Shown here one piece after another: positions 8,394-17,845 of a stretch of 64,000 nucleotides of DNA. The stretch's first letter is position 1. Every line of letters begins with the position of its first letter. The notes beneath the pieces are model-generated. The model did not search any database, was not told where the DNA came from, and was given only the letters and a program-made list of their open reading frames with translations. The stretch covers positions 270-64,269 of the forward strand of contig JAZSLS010000016.1 in assembly GCA_045535465.1 (NCBI GenBank), in the 5' to 3' direction. The position numbers and the translations under genes are program-made. The DNA comes from Eubacteriales bacterium. Lineage in GTDB: Bacteria > Bacillota > Clostridia > Oscillospirales > CAG-382.

Positions 8394-8675
8394 CTACTCT
8401 TCCTTTTTCTTGTCAAGCCATATACCGGGCAAGGTGCTGACAAAAGCGATACCGCTTATTACTCTTACCCATTTTTCAATATTTTCGTTTTTAATAAAAT
8501 CTTCGTTGGAATAATACCAAATAACACCTGTAAGCGCAAGAAGCAAAAGGGTAAGCACCGCCCTTATAACGGTACCGCCGTTGGTGTTTGGGTCGCTGGC
8601 GCTTTTGGCACGGATTACCGTCACAAGGGCGCCTGCAAAGATAAGAGCTACGATAATATATTTTGCTAAATACAT
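8394..8675 (-). CDS. small membrane protein, unknown function
   Basis: I prefer the ATG at 8675 (MYLAKYIIVALIFAGALV) over the track start at 8717. Three hydrophobic segments. It ends 3 nt before the phosphoesterase start. Confidence 0.5.
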   Translation of the reverse strand: MYLAKYIIVALIFAGALVTVIRAKSASDPNTNGGTVIRAVLTLLLLALTGVIWYYSNEDFIKNENIEKWVRVISGIAFVSTLPGIWLDKKKEE

Positions 8676-8763
8676 TTTCTCACATCCTATATGATAAAGT
8701 ACGCAAAAGCCGTGCATAATATATACAGGCTAAAAAACTTTTTTGAAAGGTTGGTTTTAAAAA

Positions 8764-8949
8764 ATGGAAAAAACGTTATTTGGTAAAGACAAGTCTGCAC
8801 CCATTAAAGGCATAAGCTGCGCCGTAAAGAACTGCGAGCACCACGACGGAAGCTGCTATTGCACCGCAGGCAAGATAGCCGTTGGGCCTTCAAGCGCCTG
8901 CTGTTGCTCCGACACGGTTTGCGCAACCTTTAAGCCCAAGGCGCATTAA
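8764..8949 (+). CDS. DUF1540 domain-containing small Cys-rich protein
   Basis: CAVKNCEHHDGSCYCTAGKIAVG and CCCSDTVCATF match the duplicated Cys pattern of DUF1540. Confidence 0.7.
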   Translation: MEKTLFGKDKSAPIKGISCAVKNCEHHDGSCYCTAGKIAVGPSSACCCSDTVCATFKPKAH

Positions 8950-9020
8950 AGCTTGTATGCCCCAAGCTCTTAACGCAGTCTGCCGCCTTTGATTTATCGA
9001 AAGACGGGCAAACCTTAGCG

Positions 9021-10505
9021 TTAAAGACGTTCTGCCGCAAACTCCTCAACACAACCGTCAATTTCTGTCTTATCCGCAAGGCGGGTAAAGCGAACGGACT
9101 TGGAACGAAGTGCGGAAAGGTTGGCAGGTGCGATAACGCCGCTTATTTCCTCAAGGGCGGTAACACAGTCAAAATCCTCGGCAGGTACTTCACCGCCCAT
9201 AGCGGAAAGCACGGCACGGGGGAACTTATAGGGAGAAGCGGTGGATGCTACCAGCATAGGAGTAGTGTCGCCGCTTTCCTTTGCATAAAGGTCGGCACAG
9301 TACAAGGCAACCGCCGTATGAGGGTCGCAAAGGTAGCCGTTTTCCTTAAAGTATCTGTTAATAGTAGCGTAGGTGTCGTCCTCGCTGCAGAACTTGCCCA
9401 CAAAATCCTTTGCAAGAATATCCTTAGTCTCGGTATCTACACTGAAAACGCCATCATCCTTCAGGGCTTCCATAAGACTCTTACACTTTTCTGCGCCCAG
9501 CGCAAAGTACAAAAGCCTTTCAAGGTTGGAGGATATAAGAATATCCATAGAAGGGGATATGGTGGTGTAGAAGGGACGGCGGCGGTCATAAACGCCGGTA
9601 TCAAAGAAGTCGGTAAGTATATTATTGCTGTTGGATGCGCAAATAAGCTTGCCAACGGGAAGCCCCATTTGCTTTGCAATATATGCTGCAAGAATGTTGC
9701 CGAAGTTGCCTGTGGGAACGGTAACGTTCATAGTATCGCCCATCTTCAAAGCGCCGTTTTTAACCATATCGCAATAAGCGGAGACGTAGTAAACTATCTG
9801 AGGTGCAAGTCTGCCCCAGTTTATGGAGTTGGCGCTGGAGAAGAAAAGACCGTGGCTTTTCACCATCTCAGCCGCTTCAGCGCTGGTAAAGATGCGCTTT
9901 ACTGCGCTTTGTGCGTCGTCAAAGTTGCCCTTAATGGCGCAAACGGAAACGTTGCCGCCTTCCTGAGTTGCCATTTGAAGCTTTTGGATAGCGGAAACGC
10001 CCTCGCTGGGGTAGAATACCTGTATGCGAACACGAGGAACGTCTGCATAGCCTGCAAGAGCTGCCTTGCCCGTGTCACCGGAGGTGGCAACAAGAATAAG
10101 AGCGTCCTTTTCCTCGCCGCATTTGTCAAGAGAAAGAGAGAGAAGGCGGGGCATAATCTGAAGCGCCATATCCTTAAAGGCGCTGGTAGGCCCGTGCCAA
10201 AGCTCCAGCACGTAGTTGCCCCCTGCCTTTGCGATAGGTGCGGCGTTTTCACCCCAACGCTCTGCGCTGTATGCCGCTTCGGCGGATGCCTTAAGCTCCT
10301 TTTCCGTATAGTCGGTAAGGAAAAGAGAAAGCACTGCCGCTGCCCTGTCTGCATAGCTCATATCGCAAAGCCTTGTAATAAAAGCCTCGTCAATAGCGGG
10401 AATACTGTCGGGAACGAACAAGCCGCCGTCAGCGGCTATGCCGTTTTTAATTACGTAAGCGGCACTTCTTGCGCCGTCGTTACCTCTTGTGCTGTTGAAT
10501 AACAT
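9021..10505 (-). CDS. thrC: threonine synthase
   Basis: 494 aa. N-terminus STRGN, PLP-lysine motif TSAFKD, long-form ThrC pattern throughout. Confidence 0.9.
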   Translation of the reverse strand: MLFNSTRGNDGARSAAYVIKNGIAADGGLFVPDSIPAIDEAFITRLCDMSYADRAAAVLSLFLTDYTEKELKASAEAAYSAERWGENAAPIAKAGGNYVLELWHGPTSAFKDMALQIMPRLLSLSLDKCGEEKDALILVATSGDTGKAALAGYADVPRVRIQVFYPSEGVSAIQKLQMATQEGGNVSVCAIKGNFDDAQSAVKRIFTSAEAAEMVKSHGLFFSSANSINWGRLAPQIVYYVSAYCDMVKNGALKMGDTMNVTVPTGNFGNILAAYIAKQMGLPVGKLICASNSNNILTDFFDTGVYDRRRPFYTTISPSMDILISSNLERLLYFALGAEKCKSLMEALKDDGVFSVDTETKDILAKDFVGKFCSEDDTYATINRYFKENGYLCDPHTAVALYCADLYAKESGDTTPMLVASTASPYKFPRAVLSAMGGEVPAEDFDCVTALEEISGVIAPANLSALRSKSVRFTRLADKTEIDGCVEEFAAERL

Positions 10506-10507
10506 AT

Positions 10508-10927
10508 CTATCTCTCCGTTTTTAAAACATTTTTTGTGTGTATTATCTGCAGGGGCTTTTCCCCTTTTAAGCTTACCTCTATAAGGTCGTAGCGATAGCC
10601 GTAGTACCTAAGCCCAAAGCGCAGTCTGCCTACGTAATAGGGAACTTTGCCGCCCACGCCGTCCACACGCATAAACCAATATGCCGCTTTTTTCAGGCTT
10701 TTTTCCTTTGCGTAGCTAAGCTCCTGCCAAGGCGCGCCTCGCCACGCCGAGCTTTTGCTTTTAACCTCGGTAAACACAAGCACGCCTTTGTGCAGCGAAA
10801 CTATATCCAGTTCCCCGCCGTAGGTGCTGTAGTTAACCGTAATTATCCTGTGGCCCTTACGCTTAAGATAGGCTTCGGCTATCTCCTCACCAATTTTGCC
10901 AGATGTCTTGCTGTTCAAAGCTGTCAC
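10508..10927 (-). CDS. yraN: YraN family endonuclease-like protein (UPF0102)
   Basis: GEEIAEAYLKRKGHRII ... GELDIV ... VFTEVKSK. Its start overlaps the rnhB 3' end by 41 nt. Confidence 0.85.
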   Translation of the reverse strand: MTALNSKTSGKIGEEIAEAYLKRKGHRIITVNYSTYGGELDIVSLHKGVLVFTEVKSKSSAWRGAPWQELSYAKEKSLKKAAYWFMRVDGVGGKVPYYVGRLRFGLRYYGYRYDLIEVSLKGEKPLQIIHTKNVLKTER

Positions 10928-11522
10928 CCAAGGTCTTTCTTAAAAAGCTTTTTCTGTGCAAGGGACAAGGGCCGTACTTAAGTATTGCCTGCTTATGCTC
11001 CTTGGTGGGGTAGCCCTTATGCTTAGCAAAGCCGTAGCCGGGATAAAATTTATCCATCTCCATACAAAAAGCATCCCTCTCCACCTTGGCAAGGATGGAA
11101 GCCGCCGCAATAGAAGGGCTTTTACCGTCACCCTTTACCACGGGGATTGCCGTAATATCAAAATCCCTTGCCGTGTTACCGTCGATAAGCGCCAAATCGG
11201 GCTTGTGCTTAAGCTTGGCTATGGCACGGCGCATTGCCAGCATAGATGCGTTAAGAATGTTTATCGCCTCTATCTCATATACCTCTGCGTGTGCAACGGC
11301 GTAATCTATTGCCTTTGCCTTTATCTCCTCCACAAGACGCAGCCTTTTTGCCTCAGACAGCCTTTTGGAGTCGTCAAGCCCTTCTATAATTACATCTCTG
11401 GGCAGCACAACTGCAGCCGCAAAAACGGGACCTGCCAAGGGGCCTCTGCCCGCTTCGTCACAGCCGCAAACTACGGTAAAGCCTTTTTCGTAATATTCGT
11501 TTTCGATATCCCAGTTAAGCAT
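10887..11522 (-). CDS. rnhB: ribonuclease HII
   Basis: CGCDEAGRGPLAGPV and DDSKRLS motifs. 211 aa. Confidence 0.95.
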   Translation of the reverse strand: MLNWDIENEYYEKGFTVVCGCDEAGRGPLAGPVFAAAVVLPRDVIIEGLDDSKRLSEAKRLRLVEEIKAKAIDYAVAHAEVYEIEAINILNASMLAMRRAIAKLKHKPDLALIDGNTARDFDITAIPVVKGDGKSPSIAAASILAKVERDAFCMEMDKFYPGYGFAKHKGYPTKEHKQAILKYGPCPLHRKSFLRKTLGDSFEQQDIWQNW

Positions 11523-11545
11523 AAGACCTACTCCTTTCCTGTTTC

Positions 11546-12391
11546 TCAGTCAAGAGTTATTCTGCCTATTTTACCGCCACGGAATTCATCTAACAGGCAG
11601 ATAGCAAACCTTTCGGTATCCGCTATGCCGCCACGCTGTAAAAAGCCGCGCTTTCTTGTCATACGCTCAAGCAGCTCCTCGGGGTTTTCGCCCTCCACTG
11701 CCGTAACCTTGTATCTTGCCTCCATAAGAGCAGGATACCTTTCCATAAGAAGCGCCGCAAGTCTGGCGGCAATATCCGTAAGGTCAAGTATCTCGTCCCT
11801 GATAGCGCCTGTAAAGGCAAGCTTTTCGCCCACGCTTTGGTCCTCAAACTTATGCCAAAGAAGACCGGGAGTATCCAGCAGCTCAATACCGCCGGGGGCG
11901 CTTATCCATTGGGTACTGCGGGTAACGCCGGGGCGGTCCTCCGCCTTTGCCTTGTTGGTACCCGTAAACTTGTTTATAAAGGTGCTTTTGCCCACGTTGG
12001 TTATACCCAGCACCATTCCTCTAATTTTTCTGCCTGCCATACCCTTGTCGGCGTATTTTTTAAGCTTTTCCGCCACAAGAGCCTTTATGGCAGGAGTTAT
12101 CTTGTCATAGCCCTGCTTGGTTTTGCTGTCAATCGCTATAACGTAAGCACCCTCTGCCTCCAGCGCACGCTTATGCTCCGCCGTCCTTGCAGGGTCGGAC
12201 AGAGTGCATTTGGTAAGCAAGGTAAGCCTTGGCTTATCGGCGCATATATCCTTAAGGTCAGGGTTGCGGCTGGACATAGGTATGCGGGAGTCAAGAAGCT
12301 CCACCACAAAATCCGCAGGGACAAGGCTTTTAAGCAAAGCACGCTTTGCCGCCGCCATATGACCGGGATACCATACTATCGGCTCGCTCAT
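11546..12391 (-). CDS. rbgA: ribosome biogenesis GTPase RbgA (YlqF)
   Basis: Circularly permuted GTPase: LTKCTLSD (G4) precedes GITNVGKST (G1) and DTPG (G3). It sits in the conserved rplS..rnhB neighbourhood. Confidence 0.9.
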   Translation of the reverse strand: MSEPIVWYPGHMAAAKRALLKSLVPADFVVELLDSRIPMSSRNPDLKDICADKPRLTLLTKCTLSDPARTAEHKRALEAEGAYVIAIDSKTKQGYDKITPAIKALVAEKLKKYADKGMAGRKIRGMVLGITNVGKSTFINKFTGTNKAKAEDRPGVTRSTQWISAPGGIELLDTPGLLWHKFEDQSVGEKLAFTGAIRDEILDLTDIAARLAALLMERYPALMEARYKVTAVEGENPEELLERMTRKRGFLQRGGIADTERFAICLLDEFRGGKIGRITLD

Positions 12392-13110
12392 TCTACCCTC
12401 CCAAATTCACTAAAGGGCCCTATGCGAAGCAACACTCTGCCAAGTATACGCTCCTTTTCAAAGCAGCCTGCCATACGGCTGTCAGAGGAGCCGTTGCGGT
12501 TATCGCCCATTGCAAAGAACATATTCTTGGGCACGGTAAACTTGGCGTAGGTAACACGGTTGCTTTCATCCACCGTTCTGGTAACGGAGGCGTTGGTGTT
12601 AATCCACTCGTGGCTTTCCATAGGTCTGCCGCCTTCAAACTTTACGTAGGCTTCGTCAAGCTTCACACCGTCAACGGTAACAGCCCAGTTATCAAAATCT
12701 ATCTCCACGGTCTGACCGCCCGTGGCTATAACACGCTTGATGATATATTTGTCGCTGAACTTGCCCATACCATCCGTATCCAGCACAACTATGTCACCCG
12801 TTTCGGGGGTGTAAAACATATTGGAGATAATAAGCTTATCCTCGTGCTGGAGAGTGTTGGTCATAGAAGTGCCGTTAACCGTAACAAAACGGAAAACAAA
12901 CACAAAAAGTATCATCATAAGCACAAGGGCGTGACAAAAGGTCTCAAAGCAATCAAAAAGCTCACCAAAAAGCTTGCCCTTTTTTTCGCCTTCCTTACAG
13001 TCCTCGGTTGTTTCCTCGTCCTTTACTTCTTCCTTTTCCTCAAAAGCCTGCGCCTCTTCTGCAGCTTCCTCGGTTTCTTCTACGTTGTCCTTATCAAATA
13101 AATCTGCCAT
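12388..13110 (-). CDS. lepB: signal peptidase I with an acidic N-terminal extension
   Basis: Catalytic boxes NGTSMTNTL (Ser), YIIKRVIATGGQTV (Lys) and GDNRNGSSDSR. About 55 Glu/Asp-rich residues precede the TM helix. Confidence 0.9.
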   Translation of the reverse strand: MADLFDKDNVEETEEAAEEAQAFEEKEEVKDEETTEDCKEGEKKGKLFGELFDCFETFCHALVLMMILFVFVFRFVTVNGTSMTNTLQHEDKLIISNMFYTPETGDIVVLDTDGMGKFSDKYIIKRVIATGGQTVEIDFDNWAVTVDGVKLDEAYVKFEGGRPMESHEWINTNASVTRTVDESNRVTYAKFTVPKNMFFAMGDNRNGSSDSRMAGCFEKERILGRVLLRIGPFSEFGRVE

Positions 13111-13133
13111 TTAAAAAACACTCCAAAAAAATA

Positions 13134-13170
13134 ACGCACGCACGTACGCGCACACACGCACACGCGCGTA
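13134..13170. repeat. 37-nt perfect alternating purine-pyrimidine tract
   Basis: ACGCACGCACGTACGCGCACACACGCACACGCGCGTA has strict R-Y alternation. It lies 24-60 nt upstream of the lepB start and downstream of rplS. Confidence 0.95.
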
Positions 13171-13227
13171 AAATACAAAAGTGCCCGTGAGAACAGACAC
13201 TTTGTATAAAGCAAAATACGGCGGAAA

Positions 13228-13575
13228 TTACTTAACGATCTTTTCCTTAACCTTAGCGTATTTGCCAACCCTACCACGGAGGTAGTAAAGCTTAGCACGG
13301 CGAACCTTACCGCGACGGGTTACTACAACGTCCTGTACGTTAGGGCTATGAAGCGGGAAGGTCTTTTCAGTACCTACACCGTAGGAAATACGGCGAACGG
13401 TAAAGGTTTCGCTAACACCGCTGTTTCTCTTTGCAATAACAGTACCCTCAAAAATCTGGGTTCTGGTTCTTGAGCCTTCCACTATTCTCTGATGTACCTT
13501 AACGGTATCACCAACCTCGAACTTGGGAAGCTCCTTCTTAAGCTGCTCATCTGTAAAAGCCTTTAAAAGATCCAT
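13228..13575 (-). CDS. rplS: 50S ribosomal protein L19
   Basis: 115 aa. [38 protein letters not shown] is unmistakably L19. Confidence 0.97.
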   Translation of the reverse strand: MDLLKAFTDEQLKKELPKFEVGDTVKVHQRIVEGSRTRTQIFEGTVIAKRNSGVSETFTVRRISYGVGTEKTFPLHSPNVQDVVVTRRGKVRRAKLYYLRGRVGKYAKVKEKIVK

Positions 13576-13644
13576 AAAAGCTCCTCCTTTTTTCTATTGC
13601 GTTCTTGCCGAGCCGCAGAGGACCGCAACGTAATTATTCACCGA

Positions 13645-13673
13645 ATTATACCATGCTTTTTGCCTGTTTGCAA
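13645..13673 (-). promoter_or_regulatory. sigma-A-type promoter of rplS
   Basis: Minus strand: TTGCAA (13673-13668), 17-nt spacer, TGgTATAAT (-10 at 13650-13645). It lies about 70 nt upstream of the rplS ATG. Confidence 0.6.
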
Positions 13674-13775
13674 TACCTTTTTTAAATTTTTTTGTTAATT
13701 CGCCCCCTTAAGCTGCATTTTAGGTTTGTTTGGCGGGGATTTGTTAAAAAATCCTGCCATTTTTTAGGCAATTTG

Positions 13776-13805
13776 TTGACAAAGGCGTCCTTTTTGTGGT
13801 AAAAT
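13776..13805 (+). promoter_or_regulatory. candidate promoter of the MinD-like/mgsA/aspS operon
   Basis: TTGACA (13776-13781), 18-nt spacer ending TGg, TAAAAT (13800-13805). Confidence 0.5.
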
Positions 13806-13840
13806 TACAAACTGAGGATATATGGGGAGGTTTGTGCCTT

Positions 13841-14623
13841 TTGGGTAGGATAATATTTGTTACTTCCTTTAAGGGAGGCGTTGGTAAAACCACGCTTGCC
13901 GCAGGTCTTGCCGCCGCCCTTACCACCTTGGGTAAGAAGGTTTTGGTGGCAGATGCCGACTACGGCAACCGCTGTATGGACTTGGTGCTGGGTATGGAAA
14001 GCGACGTGCTTTTTGACAGTGCCGACGTTATATGGGGCAGAACGGAAACGGTTAACGCCGTTATACGCCACGGCGAAAACGAGCGTCTTTACTTTTTGCC
14101 TGCGCCTGCTTTTTCCAAAGAGGGCGTTCCACCTGTAAGGGTTGCAAAGCTTTTTGCCGAGCTTAAGGAGGAATACGACTTTATTATTGTTGACTCCTCT
14201 GCCGAAGACAGCGAGGTTTACCGTGCCTTTGCACGAAGCGCCGATGACGCTGTTGTTGTTACCTTCCATCAATCTACGGCGATACGTGCTGCCGAAAAAA
14301 CAGCGGCTATGCTGTCGGAGCTTGGCTTTTCCAACATTCGTTTAATTATTAACTGCTTTCACTACGCCTTAGCGGCTGACGGTGTTTTGCCCGACGTGCT
14401 GGATATAATACAAAGGGCGCACATACAGCTTTTGGGGCTTATTCCTCACGATATGGCAGTGCCCGCCGTGCAGGAAGCTGGTATGCTTTCCTTTACCAAC
14501 CCAAACCGACGTCTTATGGTTTACGAGGCGGCAGTGCTTAACACGGCTAAGCGTCTTTGCGGCATAAACGTGCCCTTACTTAAAGACGTTTACAAGCCAA
14601 AAAAACTTAGAAAATATCTTTAA
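13841..14623 (+). CDS. MinD/ParA-family P-loop ATPase (orphan MinD-like)
   Basis: Deviant Walker A SFKGGVGKTT and a MinD-like DADYGNRCMDLVLGME. I prefer the TTG at 13841, 10 nt after the GGGGAGG RBS, over the GTG at 13796, which lies upstream of the predicted -10. Basic C-terminal tail. Confidence 0.75.
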   Translation: MGRIIFVTSFKGGVGKTTLAAGLAAALTTLGKKVLVADADYGNRCMDLVLGMESDVLFDSADVIWGRTETVNAVIRHGENERLYFLPAPAFSKEGVPPVRVAKLFAELKEEYDFIIVDSSAEDSEVYRAFARSADDAVVVTFHQSTAIRAAEKTAAMLSELGFSNIRLIINCFHYALAADGVLPDVLDIIQRAHIQLLGLIPHDMAVPAVQEAGMLSFTNPNRRLMVYEAAVLNTAKRLCGINVPLLKDVYKPKKLRKYL

Positions 14624-14661
14624 TTTTGTATATTACAAAAAAGCTTAAGGAGGTTTTTAAT

Positions 14662-15060
14662 ATGCAAATAGCGATTATAGCAAGCGACAAGCGCAAGGAG
14701 CTTATGACTGAATTTTGTGTTGCCTACTGCGGTATTTTAAGCCGCCACCATCTGTGTGCAACGGGCACAACAGGCAAACATCTGGCAGATGCTACGGGAC
14801 TTAATATAGAAACTCTTGTATCCGGTATACACGGCGGTACTCAAATGATAGCAAACAGAATAGCTTACAACGAGATAGACCTGCTTTTGTATTTCCGTGA
14901 CACAAGCGACGACAACGAATATGCTGACGTTCAGCTTAACCTTGTGCGTATGTGCGACAAGCAGAATATTCCCGTTGCTACCAATATTGCTACGGCAGAA
15001 GCGCTTATTCTTGCTCTTGGCAGGGGTGACCTTGACTGGCGTGAGCTTGTGAAAGATTAA
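14662..15060 (+). CDS. mgsA: methylglyoxal synthase
   Basis: ATG at 14662 follows AAGGAGG. IAIIASDKRK, CATGTTG and GGTQMIA motifs. 132 aa. Confidence 0.9.
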   Translation: MQIAIIASDKRKELMTEFCVAYCGILSRHHLCATGTTGKHLADATGLNIETLVSGIHGGTQMIANRIAYNEIDLLLYFRDTSDDNEYADVQLNLVRMCDKQNIPVATNIATAEALILALGRGDLDWRELVKD

Positions 15061-15080
15061 ATTAAAGGAGTTTTATTAAT

Positions 15081-16865
15081 ATGGCAGAGCTTATGGGTGA
15101 ACTCAGGCGCAGCCACTATTGCGGCACCCTGAGAGATACGGATATCGGAAAAACGGTTACGGTTATGGGCTGGGTTCAGCGCAGACGTGACCTTGGCAGT
15201 CTTATATTTATCGACCTGCGTGACCGTTCAGGTCTTTTGCAGTTGGCTTTTGACGAAACCAGCGACAGCGCTGTGTTTGAAAAGGCTACCTCCGCAAGGA
15301 GCGAATACGTTTTGGCGGCTGTTGGTGTGATAAGGGAAAGAAGCAGCAAAAACCCCGGCTTGCCTACCGGCAGCGTGGAGCTTTTTGTTACGGAGCTTCG
15401 TGTGCTTTCTACTGCGGAAACTCCTCCCTTTGAAATAGTTGAAAACAGCAAAGCGGGCGAAGAGCTTAGGCTTAAATACCGTTATCTTGACCTGCGCCGT
15501 GCCGACCTTGCAAAGAATATTGCCTTCCGCCACAAGACGGCTAAGGCTATAAGAGACTATTTTGACGACAACGGCTTTTTGGAGATAGAAACGCCTATGC
15601 TGGTGCGCTCCACTCCCGAAGGCGCAAGAGACTACCTTGTGCCCAGCCGTGTTCACAAGGGCTCGTTCTACGCTCTACCTCAGTCCCCCCAGCTTTACAA
15701 GCAGCTTCTTATGGTTGCAGGCTTTGACCGTTACGTTCAGCTTGCACGTTGCTTCCGTGACGAGGACCTTCGTGCTGACAGACAGCCTGAGTTTACTCAA
15801 ATCGACCTTGAAATGTCCTTTGTGGACGTAGACGATATATTGGCAATGGTAGAGGGCTTGCTTAAAAAGCTTTTCCGTGAGCTTCTTGATATTGACCTGC
15901 CTCTGCCCCTTCCCAGATACACCTACAAAGAGGTTATGGAGCGTTTTGGCTCCGACAAGCCCGACCTTAGATACGGTCTTGAGATAACCGATATTACCGA
16001 CCTTGTTAAGGACTGCGGTTTTTCCGTATTCACAGGCGCTATTGCCGACGGCGGCAGCGTAAGAGGCATTAACGTTAAGGGCTGTGCCTCCACCCTTACC
16101 CGTAAGGAAATAGACAAGCTTACCGAATACGCACGCGGCTGCGGCGCAAAGGGTCTTGCTTGGGTAAGATACACCGAGCAGGGCGCTACCTCCTCCTTCA
16201 GCAAGTTTATGACCGAGGAGGAAATGGCGGCTATCTACGAGCGTATGAACGCCGAGGTTGGCGACGTGCTGCTTATTATGGCAGACGGTGATACAAGCCG
16301 TGTGCTTTCCACCCTTGGTATGGTTCGTGTAGAGACCGCAAACCGTGTTGGTATTGAGAAGAAAGGCTTTAGCCCTCTTTGGGTTGTTGAGTTCCCCTTC
16401 TTTGAATATGATAAGGAGCTTGGCGACTTTGTTGCTATGCACCATCCCTTTACCGCACCTCTTGACGAGTGTTTGCCTTACCTGGAAAGCGATAAGGCGG
16501 CAGTGCGTGCCAAGGCGTACGATTTAGTGCTTAACGGCATCGAGCTGGCAAGCGGCTCTATCCGCATAACCGACCCCGACCTTCAAAAGACCATCTTCCG
16601 TCTTCTTGGCATCTCTGACGAGGAAGCGCAGGAAAAGTTTGGCTTCCTTACGGACGCTTTCAAGTTTGGCCCTCCTCCTCACGGCGGTATGGCTTTGGGT
16701 TTGGACAGGCTTGTTATGCAGCTTCTCGGCGCAGACAGTCTGCGTGACGTTGTTGCCTTCCCCAAGGTACAAAACGCATCCGAGCCTATGACGGCTTGCC
16801 CCGCAACAGTTCCCGCTCCCTTGCTTAAGGATTTGGGCATTGAAATAGAAAAAGACTCCGAATAA
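15081..16865 (+). CDS. aspS: aspartate--tRNA ligase
   Basis: 594 aa bacterial-type AspRS: OB anticodon domain, class II motifs FRDEDLRADRQPEFTQID and GGMALGLDR, and the GAD insertion. Confidence 0.97.
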   Translation: MAELMGELRRSHYCGTLRDTDIGKTVTVMGWVQRRRDLGSLIFIDLRDRSGLLQLAFDETSDSAVFEKATSARSEYVLAAVGVIRERSSKNPGLPTGSVELFVTELRVLSTAETPPFEIVENSKAGEELRLKYRYLDLRRADLAKNIAFRHKTAKAIRDYFDDNGFLEIETPMLVRSTPEGARDYLVPSRVHKGSFYALPQSPQLYKQLLMVAGFDRYVQLARCFRDEDLRADRQPEFTQIDLEMSFVDVDDILAMVEGLLKKLFRELLDIDLPLPLPRYTYKEVMERFGSDKPDLRYGLEITDITDLVKDCGFSVFTGAIADGGSVRGINVKGCASTLTRKEIDKLTEYARGCGAKGLAWVRYTEQGATSSFSKFMTEEEMAAIYERMNAEVGDVLLIMADGDTSRVLSTLGMVRVETANRVGIEKKGFSPLWVVEFPFFEYDKELGDFVAMHHPFTAPLDECLPYLESDKAAVRAKAYDLVLNGIELASGSIRITDPDLQKTIFRLLGISDEEAQEKFGFLTDAFKFGPPPHGGMALGLDRLVMQLLGADSLRDVVAFPKVQNASEPMTACPATVPAPLLKDLGIEIEKDSE

Positions 16866-16889
16866 CAATAAAAACGGGTACAAGGTATT

Positions 16890-17843
16890 ATGATAGAATT
16901 TAAAAACGTTTATAAAAACTACGGTCAAAACCGTGCCTTAAAGGGTATAAGCTTTAAGGCGGAGCAGGGTGACATACTGGGTTTTCTCGGCCCTAACGGC
17001 GCAGGTAAAAGCACCGCCCTTAACATACTTACGGGCTATCTTTCCGCTACCGCAGGGGAAGCTTACGTTGACGGCATAAGCATTTTTGAAAACCCCACGG
17101 AGGCAAAGAAAAACATAGGCTTTTTGCCTGAGCTTCCTCCTCTTTACCCCGATATGACGGTTTGGGAGTATTTGTCCTTTGTTTATGACCTTAAGGGCTG
17201 TACTTTGCCTAAAAAGAAGCATATTAAGGAAATATGCGACGTAGTGCAGATAACGGACGTAATGAAGCGTCTTATAAAAAACCTTTCCAAGGGCTATAAG
17301 CAGCGTGTGGGTATTGCTCAGGCGCTTGTGGGTAACCCTAAGGTTTTGGTGTTTGACGAGCCTACCGTTGGCCTTGACCCTAAACAGATTATAGAAATAC
17401 GCAACCTTGTCAAGCTTCTCGGCAAGGAGCATACTATTATAATCTCCTCTCATATTCTCCCCGAGATACAGCAGATATGCAGCCGTGTTGTGGTTATTAA
17501 CGAGGGCTCTATCGTGGCAGACGAGCCTATTGAAACCCTTGCGGAAGCCGTTGAAGGCCCCAGAAGACTTGTTGCAAAGATATGCGGCAACGAAGCAGAG
17601 GTGCTTAAGACGCTTCGCAGTGTTTCCGCCATTAAGTCTGCAGACGTTATAGGCAAGGTGGACGGCGACTCCACAAGCTATCTTATAGAATCCGATGAGA
17701 GGATTGACGCAAGAAAACCGCTTTTTGCCGCCCTTGCCTCTAAGGGATATCCCCTTATAGGCCTTGAAGGTGTGGAAATGAGCCTTGAAGACGTTTTCGT
17801 GCGTTTGGTATCCAAGCGTGAACAGAGAAGGAGGGCTAAATAA
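16890..17843 (+). CDS. ABC transporter ATP-binding protein (ABC-2 / GldA-like)
   Basis: Walker A GPNGAGKST, signature LSKGYKQRV, Walker B VLVFDEP. Confidence 0.9.
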   Translation: MIEFKNVYKNYGQNRALKGISFKAEQGDILGFLGPNGAGKSTALNILTGYLSATAGEAYVDGISIFENPTEAKKNIGFLPELPPLYPDMTVWEYLSFVYDLKGCTLPKKKHIKEICDVVQITDVMKRLIKNLSKGYKQRVGIAQALVGNPKVLVFDEPTVGLDPKQIIEIRNLVKLLGKEHTIIISSHILPEIQQICSRVVVINEGSIVADEPIETLAEAVEGPRRLVAKICGNEAEVLKTLRSVSAIKSADVIGKVDGDSTSYLIESDERIDARKPLFAALASKGYPLIGLEGVEMSLEDVFVRLVSKREQRRRAK

Positions 17844-17845
17844 CT

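Noticed and set aside
13576-13644. Possible L19 ribosomal-protein leader in the rplS 5' UTR (GC-rich segment GTTGCGGTCCTCTGCGGCTCGGCAAGAAC).
   Set aside because: I cannot recall the consensus well enough to match it by eye, and the stems I can draw are short and imperfect. It needs cmscan against the Rfam L19_leader model before being called.
15061-15080. T-box leaders upstream of aspS, valS, thrC or asnB.
   Set aside because: The upstream gaps are only 2-20 nt (aspS 20, valS 19, thrC 2, asnB 16). That is far too short for a T-box, so these genes are read through from upstream genes.
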